DNA from: Desulfobaccales bacterium | GTDB taxonomy: Bacteria; Desulfobacterota; Desulfobaccia; Desulfobaccales; 0-14-0-80-60-11 | Direction of reading: 5' to 3' | NCBI GenBank assembly: GCA_049585595.1 | Contig: JBAVAG010000118.1 | Span: forward strand, 1,889-65,888 | DNA length: 64,000 nt | Shown: piece after piece, positions 34,045 to 43,990 of the stretch | How the letters are laid out: the number at the start of each line of letters is the position of its first letter | Position numbering within the stretch: the stretch's first letter is position 1 | The notes under the pieces: model-generated | The model's database searches: none | Told to the model about the DNA's origin: nothing | What the model saw: only the letters and a program-made list of their open reading frames with translations | Translations under genes and position numbers: made by a program

Positions 34045-34071
34045 GGCGAGTCGCTCTGTAACTCAGCGCAG

Positions 34072-34773
34072 CTACGGTTCTATCACTAATTCTTGCTGCT
34101 GGTTATTGGCGAAGATGATGTTGATCGAGGGTTTCCCCCGGGGCGTCCAGCCATGCGCCCCGAGTTCGAGCGGCACATCGTGTCCAGGATAGAGCTGGTC
34201 GGCCAGGCCGGCAAGTTTGCGGATAGAGGCCTGAAATTGCTCCGCATCCCACACCGGCAGCGCCACCTGGCCTTTAAGGTCCCAACGATTCTTCAGCGCA
34301 TCGCCGCACAAGACGGACTTTCCGGTCTGAAGCGCCAGGCTTCCGGGAGTGTGTCCGGGCACGAGCAGGAGCTGGATATCCGGTTCGAGTTGGCAATCGT
34401 TCGCAATCAGGCGGAGTCTGGGGCTCTCCGCCAAGGCCCGCGACTGGTGGCGCAGCGTGCTCTGGTCTACCTGAGGCGAGCAGGCATACTCCAGCTCTTT
34501 TTCATGAACGACGATTTCGGCGCCCGGGAACAGGTCCCAATTGGCGGCGTGATCGAAATGGAGGTGGCTGAGAACGACAGTATGAATGCCGGTAAGCTGG
34601 ATCTGCCGCTGTTCGAGCGCCGCGGCCAGGGTCACTCGCTCGTTGTAGCCGGCAGTATCAAAAAGAATTCTTCTGCCCCCCTCGGTGACCGCCAGATAAA
34701 CCGCGCTCCAGCCGAGATAACCATGACTGCTTCTACCTGGGAACCCAAAAAACAGAGTTTCGATTGTGGCCAT
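34072..34773 (-). CDS. MBL-fold metallo-hydrolase
   Basis: VVLSHLHFDHAANW (HxHxDH) and VPGHTPGS. ATG at 34773 (MATIETLFFG); the ORF is open to 34827. Confidence 0.8.
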   Translation of the reverse strand: MATIETLFFGFPGRSSHGYLGWSAVYLAVTEGGRRILFDTAGYNERVTLAAALEQRQIQLTGIHTVVLSHLHFDHAANWDLFPGAEIVVHEKELEYACSPQVDQSTLRHQSRALAESPRLRLIANDCQLEPDIQLLLVPGHTPGSLALQTGKSVLCGDALKNRWDLKGQVALPVWDAEQFQASIRKLAGLADQLYPGHDVPLELGAHGWTPRGKPSINIIFANNQQQELVIEP

Positions 34774-34804
34774 GGATGCCCCGATAATATTCTCTCCGCC
34801 AGCG

Positions 34805-35692
34805 CTAATCGCCAGATGGAAAATCATACAATCTCGCCGGGTTCTCGACGAGGATACGGCGCCGGAGACCCGGGTCCGGCACCCACTCCGTCAGCAGATC
34901 GAGCAGGCCGGCATCCACCGGCATCTCGCCCACAAAAGAAGGGTGTGGCCAGTCGCTGCCCCAAACCATTTGCTCCGGACCGGCCTCCACCAGGGCCTGG
35001 GCCATGGGGACGACGTCGTCGTAAGGAAATGGCTTGCTGGAGATGCGGTAGGCTCCTGACAATTTGACCCAGCATCTGCCCTCTCGCACCAGCGACAACA
35101 GGGCCGCAAACGCCGGATGCCTGACGGTCAGCGTCGCCGGCAGGTGGCCCATGTGGTCGATGACCGAGAGAACCGGCAACCGCCGGAGGCGCGGCGCCAG
35201 GTCCACCAGGTCACGGCCAGCCACCAGCAATTGCAGGTGCCAGCCCCAGGGTTCAATCCGCCGCGCCAGTCTCTCCAGCACATCCATCATCAGGCCTCCC
35301 TCGAAAAGCAGGTTGATCCTGACGCCGCGGAATCCCGCTTCGTGGAGCGCCTGTAATTCTTCTCTTGTTACCTCCGGGTGGACGACTGCAACCCCGCGCC
35401 ATTTCCCACCCGATTGCCGGACTGCGTCACAGGTGCAGCGATTGTCGGTCCCATAGACGCTCGGCTGCACGATGACCGCCCGCTCCAATCCGAGTGCGCT
35501 CAACAGGCGCACATAGGCGGGTATGCTGGCCTCCGGTGGCGTGTAACTGCGGCCGGGAACCATAGGGTAGAGATCGGCCGGGCCGAAGATGTGCGCATGG
35601 GTGTCGCATGAATGCGCGGGCGCAATCTCCTTCGGCGTACCCGGATCAGGATGTGGGCCAGGTATAGTCACTTTCGCTTCAGTATTAATCAT
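34805..35692 (-). CDS. Amidohydrolase-2 family hydrolase (LigI / 2-pyrone-4,6-dicarboxylate-hydrolase-like)
   Basis: CDTHAHIFGP...RGVRINL...SVIDHMG...GSDWPHP. ATG at 35692 overlaps the upstream MFS stop. Confidence 0.7.
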   Translation of the reverse strand: MINTEAKVTIPGPHPDPGTPKEIAPAHSCDTHAHIFGPADLYPMVPGRSYTPPEASIPAYVRLLSALGLERAVIVQPSVYGTDNRCTCDAVRQSGGKWRGVAVVHPEVTREELQALHEAGFRGVRINLLFEGGLMMDVLERLARRIEPWGWHLQLLVAGRDLVDLAPRLRRLPVLSVIDHMGHLPATLTVRHPAFAALLSLVREGRCWVKLSGAYRISSKPFPYDDVVPMAQALVEAGPEQMVWGSDWPHPSFVGEMPVDAGLLDLLTEWVPDPGLRRRILVENPARLYDFPSGD

Positions 35693-36956
35693 AAACCTGC
35701 AACTCCTTGCCTCTGGTTTCAGGCAGCAGCAGCACGGCCACAATCATGATGGCGTAAGCGGCAACCGCAAACACCGCAATCGCCTTTCCCAGGGTCAGGA
35801 CTGCGCTGAGATAGCCGACCAGCGTCGGGAACACTGCGCCAAGCGCCCGTCCTATATTGTAGGAAAAACCCTGGCCGGAGCCGCGCAAATGGCTCGGGAA
35901 CAATTCAGTGAAGAATGAACCCACCGGGCTGAACGAGCCTGAGACGAAGAACCCCAGCGGGAAACCCAGAAGCAGCATCACCGGTCCGTTGGCGATGGGA
36001 AGAAAGGTATACGCCACCACGCTCAGGGCGCAACAGGCGGCGAACAAGACCAGGGCATTCTTGCGGCCGATACCGTCGGTCAAATAGGCGCTGGTCATAT
36101 ACCCGCAGAACGACCCGACGATGATGACAATCATGTACCAACCCGTGTTCAGGACTGACAAATGACGCACAGTCTTAAGATAAGTAGGCAGCCACGTGGT
36201 GACTGCGTAGTAACCCCCTTGGACTCCCACGCCGAGAATCGAAGTCAGAACCGTCGTCTTCAGCACCGCAGGAGAAAAAATCTCCAGGAAATGCGGGGCA
36301 TTTCCTGCAGCCGCAACCTTTTCCCGAGTCTTGGCGAAGACCTCGGGCTCGGGCACGTTACGTCTGATATAGAAGACCAGTAAGGCCGGCAGAATTCCGA
36401 TCCAGAACATGGCGCGCCAGGCGTATTCTTTGGGAAGCCAGGTAAACAGCACGACCGAAAAGATTGCCGCGATGCCCCAGCCAATCGCCCAGCCGCCCTG
36501 CACGGTGCCGACCGCCTTGCCACGGTGTTTGGCGCGGATCGCTTCGCCCATCAGCACCGAGCCGACCGCCCATTCACCCCCGAATCCGAGACCTTGCAGG
36601 CCACGCGTGAAGAGCAGGCCCCAGAAGGAGTTGGTAAAGCCGCTTAAGAAGGTGAACACCGCGAACCATAAGATGGTGAGCTGCAAAATTTTAGCGCGGC
36701 CGAAGCGGTCTGCCAACAACCCGGCCAGCCAGCCGCCGACCGCAGAGGTCAGCAGCGCCGCGGTAGCCAGCCACCCGGCGTCTCCGCTGCTGATGTGCCA
36801 GGCCGCAATCAAACTGGGAATCACGAAGCTGTAAACCATCACGTCCATCCCATCGAGCGCCCAACCGCCGAAAGTAGCGACCAGAGTGCTTCGTTCGGGA
36901 GGACTCAATTCCGAGATCCATGCCAGCTTACCTTCTTGAACCGATTGTTCCGTCAT
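35685..36956 (-). CDS. MFS transporter (aromatic-acid / metabolite:H+ symporter-like)
   Basis: GGWLAGLLADRFGRAK, about 12 TM segments, and ER/GRK loop motifs. Confidence 0.8.
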   Translation of the reverse strand: MTEQSVQEGKLAWISELSPPERSTLVATFGGWALDGMDVMVYSFVIPSLIAAWHISSGDAGWLATAALLTSAVGGWLAGLLADRFGRAKILQLTILWFAVFTFLSGFTNSFWGLLFTRGLQGLGFGGEWAVGSVLMGEAIRAKHRGKAVGTVQGGWAIGWGIAAIFSVVLFTWLPKEYAWRAMFWIGILPALLVFYIRRNVPEPEVFAKTREKVAAAGNAPHFLEIFSPAVLKTTVLTSILGVGVQGGYYAVTTWLPTYLKTVRHLSVLNTGWYMIVIIVGSFCGYMTSAYLTDGIGRKNALVLFAACCALSVVAYTFLPIANGPVMLLLGFPLGFFVSGSFSPVGSFFTELFPSHLRGSGQGFSYNIGRALGAVFPTLVGYLSAVLTLGKAIAVFAVAAYAIMIVAVLLLPETRGKELQVYD

Positions 36957-37036
36957 AATGGCACCTCGTACCTCGTATAATGGGATGAAATGATAAGATT
37001 GATCAGATTGCTTTCCCGGGGGCCGGCGCCACAGGC

Positions 37037-37076
37037 CCTGCGCTCCCTTTTTTTACCCCCCCCCCACCTGCGCTCC
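37037..37076. repeat. Homopolymer tract T7-A-C10 bracketed by the 10-nt direct repeat CCTGCGCTCC
   Basis: CCTGCGCTCC c TTTTTTT A CCCCCCCCCC a CCTGCGCTCC, read directly. It lies 80-120 nt upstream of the MFS start at 36956 (minus strand). Confidence 0.8.
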
Positions 37077-37153
37077 ATCAGCAATAAATCTTCATGGTAG
37101 TCCTCCTTTGCCAGCTGCCTGGAATCGAGCCAGACCGCACTTCGGCCTACCGC

Positions 37154-38743
37154 TCATTCTTCAGAGAGCCGCGGCCGGCCGTATCCTCCGCCACCGGGGG
37201 TTTCAATGCGGACCAGGTCCCCCGCCAGCAAGCGCACAGAGAATTTCCCCGGCATGACTTGAGTCTGCCCCTTTTTGATCAGGGTGTTCTTCCCGGTCTG
37301 GCCCGGAGCCCCCCCGGCGATTCCGTAAGGGGCGTTGGTGCGCCGTTCGGAGAGCACGGTCACTTCGGCATCGGAGAGCAACCTGATTTCCCTGACCAGA
37401 CCATCTCCGCCATCGAAATGGCCTTTGCCCCCCGAGCCTTTCCGGATGGAATATTCAGTCACCTGCAATGGGTAGGCGAATTCGAGAGCTTCGATGGGCG
37501 TGTTCAGGGTGCTGGTCATGTGGGAGTGCATGGCCGACTCGCCGTGGTTGCTTGCCGTGGCGCCGCAGCCGCCACCCAGGGTTTCGTAATAGGCAAAGGG
37601 GTTGCCGGTGCGCGGGTCGAGGCCACCGATGGTCACGTTGTTCATCGTCCCCTGGCTGGCAGCGGGAGCGATGTCCGGCAGCGCGGCCGCGAGCGCCCCC
37701 AGCAGGACGTCAACGATGCGCTGGGAGGTCTCGACATTACCGCCTGCGACTGCAGCCGGAAACCGGGCGTCCACAATGGTCCCCGGCTTGGTGATGACCT
37801 CCAGAGGCCGCAGGATGCCGGCGTTGGTCGGAACATCCTCGCGGATCAGTGAACGAAAGACATACAGGACCGTTGAGAGGGTAATGGCCCGCACCGCATT
37901 GACGCTCCCGGCCACCTGGGGGTCGCTCTCGCTGAAATCGAGGGTGGCCCGGTCCCCGGCCACTCGCATCTTAAGGCGGATGGCAATCTGTGTGGTGCCG
38001 ATCCCGTCGTCGTCCAGCACATCGGTGAACTGGTAGCACCCGTCAGGGATGGATTCGATGGTGGCGCGCATGACCCGCTCGGCATAATCCTTGAGGCTCC
38101 CGGCGTATAAATTGACCTGATCCAGGCCGTATTTTTTCAGAAGTTCCAGGGTTCGCTGGATACCGGTGAAATTGGCCATTATCTGGGCGGCGAAATCCCC
38201 CTCCCGTTCGATGGGGGTGCGTACGTTGGTTTTCAGGAAATCGAGGATCTTTCGGTCCACGGCGCCGCGCTCGACTATCTTCAGGGGCGAAATGATAATC
38301 CCCTCCTGAAAGATAGAGGTCGAAAGGGGCATGGAACCCGAGGTCATGCCACCAACATCGGCGTGATGAGCCCGGTTGGCCACGTAGTAGACGGGCTCCG
38401 GGCCACCATAGAAGACCGGTGCGACGATGGTGATGTCGGGGAGGTGGGTCCCACCTTGAAAAGGATTGTTAAGCATCACCATATCCCCTTCCTCGAACTG
38501 GCAGCAGTCGATGGCGGCCCGGACGGAAAGGGGCATGGAGCCCAGATGGACTGGAATATGCGCCGCCTGGGCGATCATTTCACCGGCGGCATCGAAAATG
38601 GCGCAGGAGCAATCCCGGCGCTCCTTGATGTTGGGCGAGAAGGCAGTCCGGTTCAGGGTGACTCCCATCTCCTCGGATATCGAAGCAAACCGGTTCTTGA
38701 AAACCTGCATCAGGATGGGATTAATAATCATGATGGCACCCAT
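37154..38743 (-). CDS. hyuB: Hydantoinase B / oxoprolinase family protein
   Basis: NPILMQVFKNRFASISEEMG...IKERRDCSCAIFD...HLPDITIVAPVF... The start shares one nucleotide with the hyuA stop. Confidence 0.85.
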   Translation of the reverse strand: MGAIMIINPILMQVFKNRFASISEEMGVTLNRTAFSPNIKERRDCSCAIFDAAGEMIAQAAHIPVHLGSMPLSVRAAIDCCQFEEGDMVMLNNPFQGGTHLPDITIVAPVFYGGPEPVYYVANRAHHADVGGMTSGSMPLSTSIFQEGIIISPLKIVERGAVDRKILDFLKTNVRTPIEREGDFAAQIMANFTGIQRTLELLKKYGLDQVNLYAGSLKDYAERVMRATIESIPDGCYQFTDVLDDDGIGTTQIAIRLKMRVAGDRATLDFSESDPQVAGSVNAVRAITLSTVLYVFRSLIREDVPTNAGILRPLEVITKPGTIVDARFPAAVAGGNVETSQRIVDVLLGALAAALPDIAPAASQGTMNNVTIGGLDPRTGNPFAYYETLGGGCGATASNHGESAMHSHMTSTLNTPIEALEFAYPLQVTEYSIRKGSGGKGHFDGGDGLVREIRLLSDAEVTVLSERRTNAPYGIAGGAPGQTGKNTLIKKGQTQVMPGKFSVRLLAGDLVRIETPGGGGYGRPRLSEE

Positions 38744-40716
38744 CAGGTGTCCAGGGTGAGAATGATGTTGCCCAAGTGATCGACCTCAGCCGCGGCAAAA
38801 GGTGGTACGACAATGGTCGAGGAGTATTCGACCACGATCGCGGGTCCTCTGAAGATGTTCCCGTACCCCAGTCGATCACGGGCAATGACTTTCGCCGGGA
38901 GGGGTTCCCGATCGAAATAGACCCGATTTTCCCCCAGCAGGGCGTCGTCGGGAATTTCTCGGCCTGCCTGCGGCAGGCGGGGAAAATTGGGTTTCTCCTG
39001 GGCTCCCACCGCCCGCAGCCGCAGGTTGACGACCTCGACGGCCTTGTCCCGGTTGCAGTAGCCGTAGAGTCTTTCGTGCTGGCGATGGAAAGTCTCTCGA
39101 AAATCGAGGTCCACGGGCACGACGACTTCGAAGGACTGGCCGCGGTAACGCATATCCAGATATTGTTCAAGTCGAATCCATGCCGCAGAAACTCCCTCCG
39201 CCAGCAGTTCCTCCTTGCCCCGGTTTGCCAGCGGGGCGAACAGCGTTTCCAAAACCGCCGGGTCCACGCCCTCTTCCGGCAGCATAACGGTCTGGGAATA
39301 GTCCTTGATGATATCCGACATCAGCATTCCGAAGGCCGACAAAATTCCAGCGCTGCGGGGAATCAGCACGCGGGGGATCTCCAGGCCGCGGGCCAGATAG
39401 GCGGCATGCATGCCGCCGGCGCCGCCGAAGGAAAAGAGGGTGAATTCCCTCGGGTCGAAGCCGCGCTCCACGGAAATAACCTTGATGGCCCTCTCCATGG
39501 TGGTATTGGCCACCGCCAGGACCCCTTCGGCAAGTTCCGTCGGCTTGAGACCCAGCTTGTCCGCCATCTTCCGAAAATGGGATTCCAGTTCCGCGGTTTT
39601 CAGGCTCATGGAGCCGCCGAGAAAGTGGTCGGGAACCAGGCGGCCGAGAAACAGGTTGGCGTCGGTGACCGTAATCGCGGCGCCCTTCCCATAGCAGATC
39701 GGGCCGGGATCGGCGCCGGCACTTTCCGGGCCGACCTTCAGAGCGCCTCCGGCATCGATGGCGGCGATGGAGCCGCCCCCCTCGCCGACGGAGTTGATGT
39801 CGATCATGGGAACCTTCACCGGGTAGCCGCCGAGGTTTGATTCCGTGGTGAGTGGCAGCTTGCCGTCGATCAGGGCGACGTCGGTCGAGGTGCCCCCCAT
39901 GTCAAAGGTGATCAACCGGTCAAACCCCGCCATCCTGCCGATTTCGAAGGCCCCCACCGCACCGCCCGCCGGCCCCGAGAGAATCGTGCGGACCGACTCG
40001 GTCATGACGGTTTCCGCGGAAATGCTGCCGCCATTGGATTGCATGATGCGAAAACGCTGGCTGCCCAGATGGTCTTTCAGAAAAGTGATGTAACGCCCCA
40101 TCTTGGGAGAGACGTAGGCGTTGATAACCGTCGTCGAGGTGCGCTCATACTCGCGAAACTCTGCCAGGGTCTCGTGGGAGAGGGAAATGGGGATGCCCAG
40201 TTTCAGGATTTCCCGGCGAACCGTTCGTTCGTGTTCCGGGTTCTTGAAGGAGAAGAGCAGCGACACGGCAATCGATTCGACCTGGGCGGTTTTGAGCGGC
40301 GCCAGCAGCTCCCGGACCTCCTTGGGATCGAGTGCTTCGAGGATGTTGCCGGCCGCATCGACCCGGCATTTCAGCCCGAAACGCAGCGAGCGGGGAACCA
40401 GGGGAGGGTTTTTGCGATAGGAAAAGTCGTAAAGAACCTGCCGGTTCTGGCGGGCGATTTCGATCACATCCTCAAACCCGGAGTTGGTGATCAGGGCCGT
40501 TTTGGCCCCCTTTTTTTCCAGGATCGAATTGGTCGCCACCGTAGAGCCGTGCACGAGTTCGAAATCGCGGTCCCCGGCAATCTGGCGAATGCCGGCCAGG
40601 ACTGCTTCGGCGGGATTGGCAGGGGTGGACAGGGTCTTGTATTCGCCCCAGAGGCTGCCGTCCTTCCAGATGAAGTCGGTGAAGGTGCCGCCGGTGTCAA
40701 CACCGATGATGAGCAT
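38743..40716 (-). CDS. hyuA: Hydantoinase A / oxoprolinase family protein
   Basis: MLIIGVDTGGTFTDFI...HGSTVATN...ITFDMGGTSTDVALI (ASKHA-fold ATPase motifs). Confidence 0.85.
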   Translation of the reverse strand: MLIIGVDTGGTFTDFIWKDGSLWGEYKTLSTPANPAEAVLAGIRQIAGDRDFELVHGSTVATNSILEKKGAKTALITNSGFEDVIEIARQNRQVLYDFSYRKNPPLVPRSLRFGLKCRVDAAGNILEALDPKEVRELLAPLKTAQVESIAVSLLFSFKNPEHERTVRREILKLGIPISLSHETLAEFREYERTSTTVINAYVSPKMGRYITFLKDHLGSQRFRIMQSNGGSISAETVMTESVRTILSGPAGGAVGAFEIGRMAGFDRLITFDMGGTSTDVALIDGKLPLTTESNLGGYPVKVPMIDINSVGEGGGSIAAIDAGGALKVGPESAGADPGPICYGKGAAITVTDANLFLGRLVPDHFLGGSMSLKTAELESHFRKMADKLGLKPTELAEGVLAVANTTMERAIKVISVERGFDPREFTLFSFGGAGGMHAAYLARGLEIPRVLIPRSAGILSAFGMLMSDIIKDYSQTVMLPEEGVDPAVLETLFAPLANRGKEELLAEGVSAAWIRLEQYLDMRYRGQSFEVVVPVDLDFRETFHRQHERLYGYCNRDKAVEVVNLRLRAVGAQEKPNFPRLPQAGREIPDDALLGENRVYFDREPLPAKVIARDRLGYGNIFRGPAIVVEYSSTIVVPPFAAAEVDHLGNIILTLDT

Positions 40717-41114
40717 GGTTTCCTCGGGAGCCCAGTTATCCCGGAGCTTATAAATTTATCCGATCAGGCTGCCTAGGTAGTCCGGGCCCGCCTTGGTCGG
40801 GACTCGGTCGTAGGTGACCACCTCCGGGACATATTTGCACAAATTCGGGTTTTCCGAAAGATGAACTTTGAGGTCAAGATAAATTTTGTCTTGGCATCGA
40901 AGACTTGTCATCCAACATTTTATTGACCCTCAAGCCTTGGAATCGCGGCAAAAACTTGAGGCTGAGGGGTACATACGATTGAAGCGGTTTCCAGGGTCTT
41001 CGGAAATGGGGAAGCGGCTGATGGCAGTGTCAAGGGTAATCAAGGAAGAGTGTATGAGTCGTTCAGCCTTATGAGATACTTCTGGGGGGAATATCAATAG
41101 CTTATATGGCAAAA

Positions 41115-41189
41115 TGGTAGTCCCAACGGGAATCGAACCCGTGTCTCCGCCGTGAGAGGGCGGTGTCCTAGGCCGCTAGACGATGGGAC
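41115..41189 (-). tRNA. tRNA-Glu (anticodon CTC)
   Basis: The reverse complement is GTCCCATCGTCTAGCGGCCTAGGACACCGCCCTCTCACGGCGGAGACACGGGTTCGATTCCCGTTGGGACTACCA. The anticodon loop is CTCTCAC. Confidence 0.9.
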
Positions 41190-41282
41190 CGGATTGAGGC
41201 TTTTTATAACCAAAGGCCGGGGTGCTGTCAAGAGAGGCTGCGGCGGCCCGCCGGCGGGGCCGGGGGTTTCCCTGGCCGGCGG

Positions 41283-41927
41283 TCATCGGGGAGGTCCCGG
41301 CTCAATCCAGGCGACGGCCCGTTCCAAGTCCTCCGGGGTGTTGAGGTTGAAGAAGCTCTTCCCCTCAGGATCCAGCCGCATTACCTCCTCCGGCGGCATG
41401 ACCTGGGGGCGGCATTTCGACACAAAGAGGCTGGCCCGCCGCTGGCTCTTGAGAAATTCGGTCAGGGAAGGCAGCAGTCTCACGTGGTAAAGCCCCGGGA
41501 AGGGCTCCAGACCGCTGGCGGACCGGCAGACCACCGCCGGCCGGGAGGTTCCGGCCAGCCTGGCCGTTAATCCCGCCAGCAATTCCGGGGCCAGGAAGGG
41601 GTTGTCCACCGCGGCGGCCAGCACCCAGGGAGTCCGGGAGTAGAACAGGGCGGTGCGCAGGCCCCCCGCCGGCCCCTGGAAGGGCCATAAATCCGTGACC
41701 AGGGGCAGCCCCAGGGCCAGGTGCGGTCCGGGGTGGTTGGTGATCAGCCAGCAATCGCCCACCAACGGCGCCAGGGCCTCGGCCACCCGGCGAGTTAAGG
41801 TTTTCCCCCCCAGCAACAGGGAAGCCTTATCCAGTCCCAGGCGGCGGCTGTTGCCCCCGGCCAGAATGGCCCCGGTGACTTGGGGAGGATTCTCCGTCCC
41901 GGCGGTCAGCCTCTCGTTCCTTGCCAT
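41283..41927 (-). CDS. mobA: Molybdenum cofactor guanylyltransferase MobA
   Basis: GAILAGGNSRRLGLDKASLLLGGKTL... Confidence 0.8.
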   Translation of the reverse strand: MARNERLTAGTENPPQVTGAILAGGNSRRLGLDKASLLLGGKTLTRRVAEALAPLVGDCWLITNHPGPHLALGLPLVTDLWPFQGPAGGLRTALFYSRTPWVLAAAVDNPFLAPELLAGLTARLAGTSRPAVVCRSASGLEPFPGLYHVRLLPSLTEFLKSQRRASLFVSKCRPQVMPPEEVMRLDPEGKSFFNLNTPEDLERAVAWIEPGPPR

Positions 41928-42024
41928 ACCCCAGTTGCCCCTTTGCCAACCTTAGCCATGCCCTGTTTGGAAAAATGCTTATCCTACCCCCTACCCTCAT
42001 CGCTCCCGGAGTCGCCCGCCGGCC

Positions 42025-42516
42025 CTAGAGACCCAGATGGGCCAGGATAAAGCCGCCTATGGCCTCCAGGTCTTCGGGAGCAAAGACGGGCAGGTCCGTA
42101 GCCACTGGCGCCAGACCCACCATGGCGATCACCTGGGGGGAGATGGCCGGGGGCTCTTTGGGGACCACAGACAACACCGCGATCTTGGGCAGGGGCCCGG
42201 ATTTATAACCTTCCACCAGAATCAGGTCCGCCTCCCGGGCCAGGGCCGCCAAAGTCTCAGAAAGGGGTGGCTCACCAATGACCTGGCGGCTGACCTGGAG
42301 CAGACCCGGAGCCGCCAGGGCCACCACCCGGGCCCCAGCCCGGCGAAAGCGCCAGGTGTCCTTGTCCCGGTCTCCCGGATCGCGATGGTGGGTATGTTTC
42401 AGCACCGCCACCCTGAGACCCCGGCGGCCGAACCACTCCAGCAAACGGCAGATGAGCTCGGTCTTGCCGGAGCCCGAAGGTCCCACAATGGCTAGGGCTT
42501 TGGCTAGGGAGGGCAA
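42025..42516 (-). CDS. mobB: Molybdopterin-guanine dinucleotide biosynthesis adaptor MobB
   Basis: ALAIVGPSGSGKTELICRLLEWFGRRGLRVAVLKHTHH. The ORF is open to 42717 but that would overlap the upstream MerR gene. A TTG at 42516 is proposed; the start is uncertain. Confidence 0.7.
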   Translation of the reverse strand: MPSLAKALAIVGPSGSGKTELICRLLEWFGRRGLRVAVLKHTHHRDPGDRDKDTWRFRRAGARVVALAAPGLLQVSRQVIGEPPLSETLAALAREADLILVEGYKSGPLPKIAVLSVVPKEPPAISPQVIAMVGLAPVATDLPVFAPEDLEAIGGFILAHLGL

Positions 42517-42541
42517 ATTGCTCAGGGAGAATTCCGGGCGG

Positions 42542-43000
42542 TCAGGACCCCGGAGTAAATTGCTCCAAGATCTTTTCTTTCTTGACGTTCCGGTTGAGGT
42601 AGACGGCGCAGCGGGCGCAGGGACCGTTGCACAGGGTGTCCCGGTTTTCCCGTACTTCGTAGCAACGGCGCCAGGGAAGCTGGAAGGCCGAGCATTCCTC
42701 TTTATGCTTACAGTCAAAGATGTTCCAGCAGGGCGCCAGCACCATCAAATTACGCAGGCAGGCCAGGGTGAAACCCCGATCATGGATCAGGCTGTTGATC
42801 TGGTTGATCTGGGTGATGTCGAAAGATGAATAGAGGCGGTTGTTGGTGTTCTTTTCCCTGAGCGGCTTGACGAACCCTTCCTTTTCATACTCCCGAATAC
42901 GTTTTTGAGAAAGGTTCACCAACCGGGAGACCTCATTAATGAGAAACAGGTCTGCGCCATCCTCTCCAGCTCTGATCCGCTTGTTCTTTCCCCGGGGCAT
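42542..43000 (-). CDS. MerR-type HTH regulator with a Cys-rich C-terminal domain
   Basis: FLINEVSRLVNLSQKRIREYEKEGFVKP is the HTH. The C-terminal half has 8 Cys (CLRN..CWNIFDCKHKEECS..RRCY..LCNGPCARC). Confidence 0.7.
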   Translation of the reverse strand: MPRGKNKRIRAGEDGADLFLINEVSRLVNLSQKRIREYEKEGFVKPLREKNTNNRLYSSFDITQINQINSLIHDRGFTLACLRNLMVLAPCWNIFDCKHKEECSAFQLPWRRCYEVRENRDTLCNGPCARCAVYLNRNVKKEKILEQFTPGS

Positions 43001-43174
43001 ATGCCATCCATTCTATAAGATAAATAGTATAAACAACTTTTACCTTAGGAGAATCCCATATACAAGTAAAAACTGAGCCCCAGAGTAAAAATTGTAAACT
43101 TTGCCTTTAGCTATTCCCGGAGGTCCCGCAACGAGGATTCGCAATCTTTTTGTCAACTCGGCAGCCGGCCATCT

Positions 43175-43990
43175 TCAACCGACCCGCCGGACTGCAACGG
43201 AGAGGCCGGTCCCCCCCCGGAGCCGGGCTGCGGCGCTACCCCCGGCACAGGCGATCTCCAGGTAACCGTGACTGCCTACCAGGGCCAGCAGCTCCCCCGG
43301 GGGAGCCTCCCCGTAGGTGCGCCCCAGGCGGGTCAGGGTGCGCCGCCCCACCTGCAATCGAAATTTAGGTTCTGCTCCCTTAAGCCAGGCGTGCAAGGCG
43401 CCGGCGGCAATATTGCTCACCAGGTTGCCGAAGTGGTCCACGTGGATAATTTCTCCCCGGAGCAGCGACGCACTGACAGACGGCTCCGGCCAGGGGAGCC
43501 GCACCGGGTCGGTGAGAGCAGGCCCGAGACGTTCCAGCGCCAGACCCAGGGAAAGGTGCGCCGCCACCGGGGCGAACACGTCCCGGCCATGGAAGGTGGG
43601 AGATACCCGGGGAAGAAAATAGTCGGGGTTTTCCAGGGAGACTATCTTAAACTCCGGCCGTCCGGCAAAGATAAGGTGGAACAGGCCGTTGTCCGGCCCC
43701 ACCCAGAACTGCCCCCGCCCGAACGCCGCCAGCCCCCGGCGGCCGGTGCCCACCCCAGGGTCCACCACCGCCAGGTGAATGGTCCCCGGCGGGAAATAGG
43801 CCGCCGCCCCCGCCAGGACAAAGGCCCCGGAACGGATATCCTGAGGCGGCACCGCATGGGTCAGGTCCACCAGCACCGCCTGGGGGTTGAGACCCAAGAT
43901 CACCCCTTTAAGGCAGGCCGCATACTCGTCCTGGACCCCAAAATCGCTGAGCAGGGTGATGACGGCCCGGGTTCCGGCTGGTCTGGGCAT
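43175..43990 (-). CDS. SAM hydrolase / SAM-dependent halogenase family protein (DUF62)
   Basis: ITLLSDFGVQDEYAACLKGVILGLNP...VVDPGVGTGRR...HFGNLVSNI. ATG at 43990; an alternative lies at 44029. Confidence 0.8.
   Translation of the reverse strand: MPRPAGTRAVITLLSDFGVQDEYAACLKGVILGLNPQAVLVDLTHAVPPQDIRSGAFVLAGAAAYFPPGTIHLAVVDPGVGTGRRGLAAFGRGQFWVGPDNGLFHLIFAGRPEFKIVSLENPDYFLPRVSPTFHGRDVFAPVAAHLSLGLALERLGPALTDPVRLPWPEPSVSASLLRGEIIHVDHFGNLVSNIAAGALHAWLKGAEPKFRLQVGRRTLTRLGRTYGEAPPGELLALVGSHGYLEIACAGGSAAARLRGGTGLSVAVRRVG

Noticed and set aside
40903-40918. A sigma54-type promoter (TGGCAT...) upstream of hyuA.
   Set aside because: It is on the plus strand while hyuA is on the minus strand. The spacing to a TTGC-like -12 element is also wrong.
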